Of a DNA stretch of 64,000 nucleotides, positions 37,655 through 46,301 are shown one piece after another. How positions within the stretch are numbered: position 1 is the stretch's first letter; every line of letters starts with the position of its first letter. The stretch spans positions 212,033 through 276,032 of the IMG/VR virus record IMGVR_UViG_3300005289_000016; one strand, given 5' to 3'. Position numbers and translations under genes: made by a program. The notes under the pieces were generated by a model. The model did not search any database, was not told the origin of the DNA, and was given only the letters and a program-made list of their open reading frames with translations.

Positions 37655-38480
37655 GTTCAATCTCCTTGACCGTCTTGTTCATCTGCTCAACAAGAGCATT
37701 GAACTGTTCAGGGACTTCCTGACCGATCAAGGCCATGAAGAAAGGGTTGTTCTGGTGAGCGAAGAACGCAAACAGGTTGGCCCCAGCGAAGCAGTATTCG
37801 TTGAAGAACAACTTGTTCCAGTTCCAATCGCTCTCTTCGATGCCCATGCAGACCAACGGGAAGTTGTCATGAGCAATCAACTTGACGAAGTTCAGACCTA
37901 CGAGGCCTTCTTCTTCATCTTGCGGGTAGTTCAGGACTTCTGACTTGAGGTCTTCTTTGCACTGGAAGGCATAAAGCGGCAACGAGTCCAGACGCCGGAG
38001 CCACAGGTCGACGAGGTCGTAGTTGGCTTCGATGAATGGCACTGGATCGAATGGCAGACTGAACGGTTTCCCGGTAGCCGCCAAGATCACGTTGATGGCC
38101 AACTCTTCCAGATCGCTGATGCTCACCAGTACAGTGGACTTGAGATAAGCCACCAGCAGGTTCTGCATGATCGTCTGGTCACCGAACTTCAACCGTACGG
38201 CGATGTTCAGGTTGGACAGGTACGTGATGAGCGCAGCGTCCTTCAGCCGACTGTTGTCAAGGCTGATGTGGAACTCTACGTTCTCGGTGAATTTGCGTTT
38301 TAAGTCGATGACCGGAATCGGTGCAATGGTCTGGATGACCACCAACCCATCGGGCTGTACGACTACTGTTGATGGCTCTTTGGGCAAGTCGTCAACAGAT
38401 GGTTCTTTGGACATGCGAGATCCTCCCCACATTGGGTTACTACGGCCGGCATTAGCGTGACAGTTAGAATGGCATGACAT
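37638..38480 (-). CDS. Hypothetical protein with two in-frame starts (38480 and 38414); long form begins MSCHSNCH
   Basis: AGGAG 6 nt before ATG 38480 and GGAGGA 6 nt before ATG 38414; same frame, no stop between. Confidence 0.75.
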   Translation of the reverse strand: MSCHSNCHANAGRSNPMWGGSRMSKEPSVDDLPKEPSTVVVQPDGLVVIQTIAPIPVIDLKRKFTENVEFHISLDNSRLKDAALITYLSNLNIAVRLKFGDQTIMQNLLVAYLKSTVLVSISDLEELAINVILAATGKPFSLPFDPVPFIEANYDLVDLWLRRLDSLPLYAFQCKEDLKSEVLNYPQDEEEGLVGLNFVKLIAHDNFPLVCMGIEESDWNWNKLFFNEYCFAGANLFAFFAHQNNPFFMALIGQEVPEQFNALVEQMNKTVKEIEHVPSA

Positions 38481-38570
38481 GACGAACTCCTAATGAACAT
38501 CAATACATACCAAACTAACTAGCAGTGTCTTTTAACGACGACCACGTGCGCAGTGACAGTTAGAATGGCA
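38457..38570. repeat. 18-bp exact direct repeat encoding CHSNCH
   Basis: gtgacagttagaatggca at 38457-38474 and 38553-38570. Confidence 0.95.
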
Positions 38571-39071
38571 ACTGGTGTGGCAGATGACGTTCGATACTGC
38601 CAACGGGCTGGCACGGCAGTAGGCGTTGTAGTAGTTCCACAACTCATCGCAGCTTGACTGGAAGTTACTCAAGTCCAGGATAGCGCCCTTATAAAGGGTC
38701 GACAGCGGCGCCGCCGAAGCAAAGTCACCAACACCGTACGCCGAGTTAGCCACCGCAGTACCGTCGTAGATCAGTTGGTTACCGAGCTGATAGTGCGACC
38801 GGTAGATCAGGATACGCATCAGACGGATGTTACCGAAGACGTTTGCGAAGTTACGCAACACAGCCTTGGCCTGCGCAGCGGCAGGAGCACCCGCTTGGAA
38901 GTTACCAGCCCCTACTGTTTCAGCACGGCCGTTGGTATCGCCGTAGAACCAGCCTGGAATAGATCCGGCTGGGTAGCTGTTGGTACCCCACGAGATACCA
39001 GAATTGCATCGAGCCCGGATACGCGCCATGGCTTCAACGCCCATGCGGTTCCGTGTAAGTACTTCGGCCAT
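38532..39071 (-). CDS. Putative virion/tail protein with C-terminal Cys/His repeat (candidate modification substrate)
   Basis: 179 aa rich in G/A/N/Y; ends ICHTSCHSNCHCARGRR. Confidence 0.7.
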   Translation of the reverse strand: MAEVLTRNRMGVEAMARIRARCNSGISWGTNSYPAGSIPGWFYGDTNGRAETVGAGNFQAGAPAAAQAKAVLRNFANVFGNIRLMRILIYRSHYQLGNQLIYDGTAVANSAYGVGDFASAAPLSTLYKGAILDLSNFQSSCDELWNYYNAYCRASPLAVSNVICHTSCHSNCHCARGRR

Positions 39072-39072
39072 A

Positions 39073-40107
39073 TCACACCTTTAGAATCAGGTTGGATTGT
39101 TGATTGCGACCCGAGAGGTAACGCAAGGTGTTCTTCAGTCCACCGCACCGCCCACTCTGCCATGGCAGACGGTGGCAGTCACCGCCGCACAGGTCAGACA
39201 CGTCGCACGCAAGGCATTCATCTGCCCAAGTCAACTCCTTGGCGATTTGCTCCACACGACCATCGGACTTGAGGAAGACTTCTACCCCCTCATCCATTTT
39301 GGCATGATGCAGTCGAGCAGCCGAATTCGGGCAGCCAGACAAAGAGCCGTCGGAGTTGATGGTCACCAGATTCTGCTCACAGTTGCGGCAGTTGGTGTCC
39401 ACCTTGACTACGTTGTTCTTCAGCTTCTCCTCGATGATGTCGAGGGTCTTGATCTTGTACGTTGGGTTGCGGGCCTTATACCGGTGGTACAGTGCGAGGT
39501 ACCAGTTGTCTTGCTCTTCGTTGTCCGGGAAGATCGACATGTTGACTTCAGCGTTACCGTCAACTGTCAGGCGCTCCAGAGACACGTCATCCACCGCGAA
39601 GCTGTCCAACTGGTCGAGCAGCCAGTCAGGGGTGGACTTGATCAACTCACGGCTCACAGAGACCTTCAGGGCAATGTGCACGCCATGACTGCGGAGCAAC
39701 TCAAGGTTGTTCTTCCACAGGTTGAATTGTTTCTCGTTACTCCATCGAATCCAGTGATCCCAGCTGGTGCCAATAACGCTACCGAAGTAGTCCTTGATGA
39801 AGTCGAGGTGAGCATCCGTGATCTTGAAAGTCAGGTTGCTGTTCGCACACATCGAGACATGCGGGTTGTCGAAGAAGTTATCGGCGTACCGCTTCAGCTT
39901 TTCCAGAGGTACGAGGAACGGCTCACCGCCATGGAACTCCATGTGGTAATGCGTACCCTCAGGGTACTTGGACATGAACTCTTTCACCCAGCCCGCAGTT
40001 GCATCGGGATCGAACTGGGTCTTGTCACCGTTCTTGCCATTGGTAAAGCAATGCTTGCAGTCCAGATTGCAGGAACCAGTGGTTTTGACATAAATGGTTT
40101 TGTTCAT
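39073..40107 (-). CDS. Radical SAM/SPASM-domain protein
   Basis: VKTTGSCNLDCKHC, FHGGEPF; SPASM-like CRNC...GCPN...CLACDVSDLCGGDC...C. Confidence 0.9.
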   Translation of the reverse strand: MNKTIYVKTTGSCNLDCKHCFTNGKNGDKTQFDPDATAGWVKEFMSKYPEGTHYHMEFHGGEPFLVPLEKLKRYADNFFDNPHVSMCANSNLTFKITDAHLDFIKDYFGSVIGTSWDHWIRWSNEKQFNLWKNNLELLRSHGVHIALKVSVSRELIKSTPDWLLDQLDSFAVDDVSLERLTVDGNAEVNMSIFPDNEEQDNWYLALYHRYKARNPTYKIKTLDIIEEKLKNNVVKVDTNCRNCEQNLVTINSDGSLSGCPNSAARLHHAKMDEGVEVFLKSDGRVEQIAKELTWADECLACDVSDLCGGDCHRLPWQSGRCGGLKNTLRYLSGRNQQSNLILKV

Positions 40108-40108
40108 G

Positions 40109-40621
40109 TTAAAGCTTCTTCTCTAGGAACTGCTCCAAGCCAAAACTCAGCATGATGGAGCTGTCAACGTTGATGGCCCGATGGTAGGTACCGCGAGGGA
40201 TGAATAGCGAATCCCCAGCCGACAGTTCTACCTGCCCATCTGGAGACTCAAAGACTTTGCGACCCTGGACCATGTAAATGATCACATCGTCGGGGTCGGT
40301 ATGCATGGTGAAGCTCTTCGAATCCTTGGGGGACAAGAAGAGATGACAGGACACAGGACCGTTGTGGTTAAAATGTCTGCCCAGTCGACGACATTCCTCG
40401 AACATGATGAAGTTCAACCGCTCAAAGCCTTCGACCTTGATGGGTTTGGTTTCACCATGCTCGAGGTAGTCGAGAGGACTCAAGGCCCCGTACGACTTGT
40501 CGTTCTCGATGTACTTGACCAACTGCTGCTCGTACGGATGAGGACTGTCGAAGAAACGGTCGAGTCCCAAGGATGCCTCGGTGATGCCGATAAACTCGTG
40601 ATCGTCCAATCTCTTCAACAT
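40109..40621 (-). CDS. JmjC/cupin_4-type 2OG-Fe(II) oxygenase
   Basis: FTMHTDPDDV (HxD), MVQGRKVF and LSAGDSLFIPRGTYH (distal H). Confidence 0.8.
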   Translation of the reverse strand: MLKRLDDHEFIGITEASLGLDRFFDSPHPYEQQLVKYIENDKSYGALSPLDYLEHGETKPIKVEGFERLNFIMFEECRRLGRHFNHNGPVSCHLFLSPKDSKSFTMHTDPDDVIIYMVQGRKVFESPDGQVELSAGDSLFIPRGTYHRAINVDSSIMLSFGLEQFLEKKL

Positions 40622-40645
40622 GTGAACCTCATCGGTATAAGTCAG

Positions 40646-42091
40646 TTAGTCTTGCCACAGCGCAGGCCATACTTGACGCCACGCACCACCGCCCCAGATG
40701 TAGACCCCAGATCCGTTCCAGTGCACCGAGCAGTCAAAGCCTGCTGCGTTCTTCGGAGCGTAGCGGGCATCGTGGTCAGCCGAGTTCAAGTGATCGAACA
40801 TGGCGCCTGCCGTGAGCAGGTAACCATCGGAGTTGACGGTTCGGCCACGGGTGATGGCGTTAGGGATGTTACTCAGGCCCACTTGTGTTTTAGTCACGTT
40901 GTGCGGGTTGCTGTAGTTCTGGATGTGGCTGTTGAGCAAGGTGCCTGCGATAGCAGTGATCGCGTCCTTGGTTCGAGCCGGCGTCATGAAGCGGTCCGTC
41001 AAGATACCCGCTTCCGCCTCAGCTTTGGTGGCTGTCTGGAAGTTGTCTACCAGACTGAGTCCGACTTGAGCTTTGGTGGTGTTGTGCGGGTTGTTCTTGT
41101 CGTTGACGTGGTTCTGGATCAACGTACCGGCATGCACCATGATTGCTTGGTACACACGCAACGGCGTCATGAACACATCGTTGGCCGTCCCACCTTCCGC
41201 CTGTGCCTGTGTGGCAGTCAGGAAGTTGTCCACGTTACCAAGTCCGACTTGGGCTTTGGTCACGCTGTGTGGGTTGTTCTTCTTGGCTTCGTGAGCATCC
41301 ACGAGTTCCTGAGAGATCCGGTTGGCCAAGATCGACACGAGTGTCGGAGTCATGTAGCGGTTAGCCACCACACCTGCCAGGGCTTCAGCGTTCGACGCGA
41401 TCTGATAGTTCTCAACCAGACCCAAACCGACCTGAGCTTTCGTGGTCTTGTGTGGGTTGTTGAAATCGTTCAGGTGAGCATCGACCTTGTCGTCCACGGC
41501 ATCGATGTTCGCTTGCAGCTGGTCACGGATGATCTGCATCTGCTGACGCAATTCATCGTGAGACGCTTCATCACCTACCAAAATGGCGTTGGTGATCCGC
41601 TCCAGTTGCCACACGACGTATTCCCACCCGTAGGTATCGCCGATGTCGTGGATGTGCGGAGCAGGCGGATAAGCGGTAGGACGACCAATGATCGAACCCC
41701 ACTTGATCGGACGCTCATCGAGGTTAACCTGTTCGAGCAAGTCAGCCAGCGCTGCCAAGTTCCAGGAGTACTCGCCACCCACAACCTGATAGCTGATCTC
41801 GACCGTGATCGGAGCCTGCAACTTGATGACGACCGCACACTGCACGTCCTTACCGCTTCGCAAGGAAGCCTGAGAGAACGGCTGTGCCAGTACAAAGTCA
41901 TCAACCGGTACCAGCGGGAGGCCAGTGTCCACGTTGATGATGGTAAAGGAGCCGGTGTAGAACGGGCCTGCCTTGGGTACGAACACTCGTGCGGTATTCG
42001 TGGTGATTTCCCGTCGCTCACCGACAATCAAGTTCGTCGGTGACGTACCGTCTAGATCAAGAGGGTACTGGATAATCGGTGGTACACTCAT
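40646..42091 (-). CDS. Tail fibre protein with HxxxxxNPHxxTKxQVGL repeats
   Basis: 481 aa; 4 repeats; C-terminal YIWGGGAWRQVW; N-terminus homologous to 42162-44552. Confidence 0.8.
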   Translation of the reverse strand: MSVPPIIQYPLDLDGTSPTNLIVGERREITTNTARVFVPKAGPFYTGSFTIINVDTGLPLVPVDDFVLAQPFSQASLRSGKDVQCAVVIKLQAPITVEISYQVVGGEYSWNLAALADLLEQVNLDERPIKWGSIIGRPTAYPPAPHIHDIGDTYGWEYVVWQLERITNAILVGDEASHDELRQQMQIIRDQLQANIDAVDDKVDAHLNDFNNPHKTTKAQVGLGLVENYQIASNAEALAGVVANRYMTPTLVSILANRISQELVDAHEAKKNNPHSVTKAQVGLGNVDNFLTATQAQAEGGTANDVFMTPLRVYQAIMVHAGTLIQNHVNDKNNPHNTTKAQVGLSLVDNFQTATKAEAEAGILTDRFMTPARTKDAITAIAGTLLNSHIQNYSNPHNVTKTQVGLSNIPNAITRGRTVNSDGYLLTAGAMFDHLNSADHDARYAPKNAAGFDCSVHWNGSGVYIWGGGAWRQVWPALWQD

Positions 42092-42115
42092 GGAGGAACT
42101 CCATCATCCGAAAAG

Positions 42116-42121
42116 TTCATA
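42116..42121 (-). promoter_or_regulatory. Candidate late promoter core
   Basis: TATGAA 25 nt upstream of the tail-fibre start 42091, just after the hairpin 42125-42155. Confidence 0.45.
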
Positions 42122-42124
42122 AAC

Positions 42125-42155
42125 GACACACCACGTGGGTTAGACGTGGTGTGTC
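42125..42155 (-). terminator. Hairpin/terminator between tail-fibre genes
   Basis: gacacaccacgt-gggttag-acgtggtgtgtc. Confidence 0.65.
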
Positions 42156-42161
42156 TCAGGA

Positions 42162-44552
42162 TCAGGCGAACAACGGCATGGAGGCGTCGATGACTGTGAT
42201 CAGTTCGTCGCACATCTTGCCAATGGAGTCGTCCACCTTGGCCGTGGTAGAGGCCGGCGTCATGATCAGGTTGGTTGCAGTACCGGTAATCGCTTGAGCG
42301 TTGGTCGCCGCCGCGTAGTTCGGCACACTGCCCAACCCTACTTGCGCCTTGGTCACGGCCTGAGGGTTATCGCGACGAGCGTCGAATGCCTTCAGTGCAG
42401 CAATTTCAGTCGCAGGGTCGGTGACGACCGCCGGGTAGACGATGTTGGCCGGTTGAACCGTAATGAGGTCAGACACCTCATCCCACACTGGGAACGTCGC
42501 CGCTACAAATTTCTTGTAGGTCAGCTCCGTGATGCACAGGCGGTTACGGGTACCGGTTGCCTTCAGCCAGATTTCCATCTTAGCCGAGGTATCCGTCCCT
42601 ACCGACACGACACCGATCTCGATCGGCTTGTCGCCCTTGGACAATTGGGTTACCCGCATGCCTTTAGGAATCATCAAGAACGGACCAGCTCCGTCGATGT
42701 TGTCATACACCGCACCAATCTCAACCAAGAGCGTGTGGTGCTGGAACTCGCCCAGTGCTTCGTCATCACGACCGCCAGTGATCATCAACGTGACGTCAGC
42801 GGTTTGATCGGATGCCGAGTGAGACAGTTCACCCAACTTGACCCAATGAGTCGGAGGCAGAACCTCAGTCCCCGAGCCGTTGTCGAGCATCGGCATTGGA
42901 GGGACGTCTGTCTGGATCGACGCACCAGAGACCGCACTGTTAATGTCAGCCTTTACTTCAGGGTAGGTCTTGCCATCGAACTTATCGGTGTCAGCTGCCT
43001 TACCACTGAGGATGTCGGCTTTGGCTTGCGGGTAGTTCTTACCGTCGAACTTCAGCGCGTTACCGGCGTCGATGGTCGCGATCCAAGCCTGCAATTGAGC
43101 CTGGGTCAGGTTGTAGACACGGCTGGAGTTAGCCGCAGTGCCATTGACATCCAAGCGCCCGTTGATCAGATCATCGATCTCTTGTTCGGTGTACGTGCCC
43201 ACCTGCGCCGCAGTAACATGGTGCGGGTTGGTGTAGTCCGTGACGTGCGCGTTGGAGCTGTCACCCACCAGTTCGTTGATCGCGTACCGGACAGCCAGAG
43301 GCGTCATGTAACGATCGTTGGCCGTAGCCGCACGAGACTCAGCTTCAGTAGCCACCGCGTAGTTCTGGACAGAGCCCAGTCCGACTTGGGACTTAGTCAC
43401 GCTGTGTGGGTTGTTGAAGTCCTGAACGTGGTCCTGAACTCCCGAACCGACAGTCTGGCTCAATACGTAAGCCAGCAGACGAGGTGTGATCACACCCGAG
43501 TCGTCCACACCAGACAAGGCTGCCGGGTTGGTCGCGATGCCGATGTTCACCACGTTACCCAGACCGACTTGGGCCTTGGTTGTTTGGTGAGGGTTGTTCT
43601 TGTCCGCGATGTGGTTATCGAGTTCGACCCCGACAATCGCTTCGATCGCTTCACGAGTCCGCAGGGGAGTCATGTAACGGGCGTTGGACGAACCAGCCTC
43701 TGCTTCAGCCTGAGTGGCCAATGCAAAGTTCTGCACACTGCCAAGGCCGACTTGAGCCTTAGTGGTCTGGTGCGGGTTGTTCATGTCCGCCAAGTGCAGA
43801 TTAAGCGCTGCGGTGGACACGGCGTCAATCAACTGCTTAGTACGCAGAGGCGTCATAAAGCGGTTGTTAGCCACACCAGCCTGAGCTTCACCAACGGTAG
43901 CCGTCGGGAAGTTATCGACCAGTCCCAGCCCTACCTGAGCCTTGTTGACTTCGTGTGGGTTAGCTTTGTTGGCGATGTGGTCTGCCAAGCCCCCGGCGTT
44001 CTTTTGAAGGATCGCCTTTTCGATGTCATCCAGCTCGTCGACCACTTCCGACATGCCGACGAAGTCGTCAATGTTGAAGTCGTGGTTGACCACCGGGAAT
44101 TCACGAGGCAGTTCGACCACCTGTTCCCAGTTCGCAATGCGCGGGTTGAACGCCACGTTAAGCAGAAGCTCGTTGAACTTCTGATCGTCCAATACCCAAT
44201 CGTCACCGATGGTCTGGTACTCCATGCGGAGTTGACCTTCAAGGTTACGATCGTAGAACGTAATGGCGCCGTAGACCGGCAAACCAATGGTATGAGACGC
44301 GTAAGCGAAGTGATAGCCGAAGTTGAAGTGCTCGCCCTCATTGAGGGGAGTACCCAAGGCTGGGTTGTTGACGTTGGCACCCTGCGGATACAGTCGCAGT
44401 TTCACGCTGTCAGCATAAAACGGACCGCTACGCGGAATGATGTAATAGTGATCGAACGTACCTCTCGAACGAATCGATTGGGTTTCGGTCACCTTGTTTG
44501 TTGCCGCGACACCCGTCGGATCGAAAGGGTATTGTGGAAGGACAGTACTCAT
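42162..44552 (-). CDS. Tail fibre protein with NPHxxTKxQVGL repeats
   Basis: 796 aa; 6 repeats plus short A-N/D-x-x-K-F-D-G-K fibre repeats. Confidence 0.8.
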   Translation of the reverse strand: MSTVLPQYPFDPTGVAATNKVTETQSIRSRGTFDHYYIIPRSGPFYADSVKLRLYPQGANVNNPALGTPLNEGEHFNFGYHFAYASHTIGLPVYGAITFYDRNLEGQLRMEYQTIGDDWVLDDQKFNELLLNVAFNPRIANWEQVVELPREFPVVNHDFNIDDFVGMSEVVDELDDIEKAILQKNAGGLADHIANKANPHEVNKAQVGLGLVDNFPTATVGEAQAGVANNRFMTPLRTKQLIDAVSTAALNLHLADMNNPHQTTKAQVGLGSVQNFALATQAEAEAGSSNARYMTPLRTREAIEAIVGVELDNHIADKNNPHQTTKAQVGLGNVVNIGIATNPAALSGVDDSGVITPRLLAYVLSQTVGSGVQDHVQDFNNPHSVTKSQVGLGSVQNYAVATEAESRAATANDRYMTPLAVRYAINELVGDSSNAHVTDYTNPHHVTAAQVGTYTEQEIDDLINGRLDVNGTAANSSRVYNLTQAQLQAWIATIDAGNALKFDGKNYPQAKADILSGKAADTDKFDGKTYPEVKADINSAVSGASIQTDVPPMPMLDNGSGTEVLPPTHWVKLGELSHSASDQTADVTLMITGGRDDEALGEFQHHTLLVEIGAVYDNIDGAGPFLMIPKGMRVTQLSKGDKPIEIGVVSVGTDTSAKMEIWLKATGTRNRLCITELTYKKFVAATFPVWDEVSDLITVQPANIVYPAVVTDPATEIAALKAFDARRDNPQAVTKAQVGLGSVPNYAAATNAQAITGTATNLIMTPASTTAKVDDSIGKMCDELITVIDASMPLFA

Positions 44553-44696
44553 TTATGCTCTCCGTGGGATCTCCATCGGTTCAGGTGCCGCTTGGAAAAG
44601 GGACCGTGAATTCTTTGAGTCATTACTTAAAAACAAAGCTTGTCTTATATTGAATATCAGACAACTGGCATACCATTATCGTGGGAGACTCGATAA

Positions 44697-45992
44697 ATGT
44701 ACGAATACCAAGGCGCTTTGGTCAAACACCGAAAGCCTGACGTGAAATTCGAGGAAATGAACGTCAGCTCTATCTCGATAAAGTCGCTGATGCGCATTTA
44801 TGCCGAAGTCTACTTGATCCTCACTCACCCGGTCTTGGGTGTGAAGCACACCCTCAAGTTGTCGGACGTAGCGCCTCAGTTGGCCACCGTGCTCGACACC
44901 GTGACTGTGGGACAATGGCTTGTCAGTAACGGCAACTTGACTCTGCCTACGGTGGAAGGTGTGCCCAAGGCCACTACCCATACCGCCTTGGCTCGAGATG
45001 CTTGGCAGGCAGGTTACAAGCTGGACCTCGCCCTGCCGATCGGGTCTCCGTTCAACGATGCATTGGATTCGGATAAGACCGACATCTGGTTGCGTCGTGA
45101 CCTCGAAGCAGATGCCGCCCAAGAGATCGACATTGACTACGTCGATCTGCAACGTCATTGCTTGGCCACTGTGAACGGGCTTGTGCACCGGATGGATGCG
45201 GATAAGGACGGGGCGTACATCAAGGATGGCGGGACTACCTTCCGTCGTTCTCAGGACGCCATGGTTGGTTTGATCAGCTTCAAGAACTTGGGCCGAGTGC
45301 ATACTGCCTCGATCACCCCGGACATGATCTACCAGCCAGACAACACGAAGCTGTATTCCAACAACTTCTACGTCAAGGTTCCGTTCGACACCAGTGACAA
45401 GGTGATGGGCATTGTCATTGGCGGTTATCTGCATCTGTCCTCGAGTGACCTCAAGGTCATCGGCAGCAACTCGATGAAAGTCGACATGCGCCGTATCCCG
45501 TTCCTTGAGCGGTACATGGTGTCTCGCTACCTGATGGACCAGACGAACATGGAACGGTTCCATGAAGCGTCCCCCAACAGTACGCTGGACTACGACCTGC
45601 AAGGGTTCTACAGTAACGAGTGCATGCTTGAACTGTTGACTCAGAGCCAGTCGTTCATTGTGGGCATTGAAGTCGATCATCTGGTGACCAACATCATCAC
45701 CACGGGTCGCACTCACTTGCCAGGACGGTTCTACCTTGACGAGCGGCCACTGTGGCCACTGCGTACGGAACTGGGTCTGATGCCTTCTTACCTGCAAGAG
45801 GAAGAGAACGGCATCTGGGTCCTCCGGGTCAACAACAACCTGCATCAACACCGGTTCATGAATACCCGCGATTACACCTTGCAACCCAAGGTAGATGAAA
45901 AACGGGTTTCGTCTGAACCACAAACCTTTGCTCGTGGTGACCTGGTCCAATGGAGCACGTCCACCGTCGAAATCAAAGTGCCGGTTGAGTGA
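44697..45992 (+). CDS. Conserved virion structural protein
   Basis: 431 aa; SD GGGAG; adjacent to spike genes. Confidence 0.6.
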   Translation: MYEYQGALVKHRKPDVKFEEMNVSSISIKSLMRIYAEVYLILTHPVLGVKHTLKLSDVAPQLATVLDTVTVGQWLVSNGNLTLPTVEGVPKATTHTALARDAWQAGYKLDLALPIGSPFNDALDSDKTDIWLRRDLEADAAQEIDIDYVDLQRHCLATVNGLVHRMDADKDGAYIKDGGTTFRRSQDAMVGLISFKNLGRVHTASITPDMIYQPDNTKLYSNNFYVKVPFDTSDKVMGIVIGGYLHLSSSDLKVIGSNSMKVDMRRIPFLERYMVSRYLMDQTNMERFHEASPNSTLDYDLQGFYSNECMLELLTQSQSFIVGIEVDHLVTNIITTGRTHLPGRFYLDERPLWPLRTELGLMPSYLQEEENGIWVLRVNNNLHQHRFMNTRDYTLQPKVDEKRVSSEPQTFARGDLVQWSTSTVEIKVPVE

Positions 45993-45995
45993 CAA

Positions 45996-46029
45996 CATAG
46001 AGGAGGAGGGATGCCCTCCTCCTCTTATG
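45996..46029. terminator. Bidirectional terminator
   Basis: catagaggaggaggg-atg-ccctcctcctcttatg. Confidence 0.8.
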
Positions 46030-46034
46030 CCGGA

Positions 46035-46301
46035 TCACGGGATGTACATGTCTGCCGAACCAGAAGCATCATCGTTACAGGTGGCTTTGCTGGTAGCGCG
46101 TGTGACAGGAATACCGTCAATCTTGAACCAAGGACTGCCGTTGGCAATTGCTGGTCCAGCATGAGCTCCTGCACCATGTCCTGCGACACCATCACCCACT
46201 ACGGACATCGCCCTGCCATTCCATGTCCAGTTGGGTTTCCCCGGACCTGTGATGACACCGCCTGCCGTATCGACACCAACCAATGAGACTTTGTTACCCA
46301 T
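46035..46301 (-). CDS. PAAR-like spike tip protein
   Basis: 88 aa; MSVVGDGVAGH...H, IDGIPVTRA and ATC (His/Cys metal ligands); coupled to the spike gene. Confidence 0.8.
   Translation of the reverse strand: MGNKVSLVGVDTAGGVITGPGKPNWTWNGRAMSVVGDGVAGHGAGAHAGPAIANGSPWFKIDGIPVTRATSKATCNDDASGSADMYIP

Noticed and set aside
28103-40621. DNA hypermodification or queuosine/7-deazaguanine pathway interpretation of the rSAM/2OG cluster
   Set aside because: No recognisable QueC/QueD/FolE/DpdA, thymidylate synthase homologue, glycosyltransferase or TET/JBP motif. SPASM-like domains, a Cys/His-tailed neighbour and the tail-fibre context favour protein substrates. Not formally excluded.
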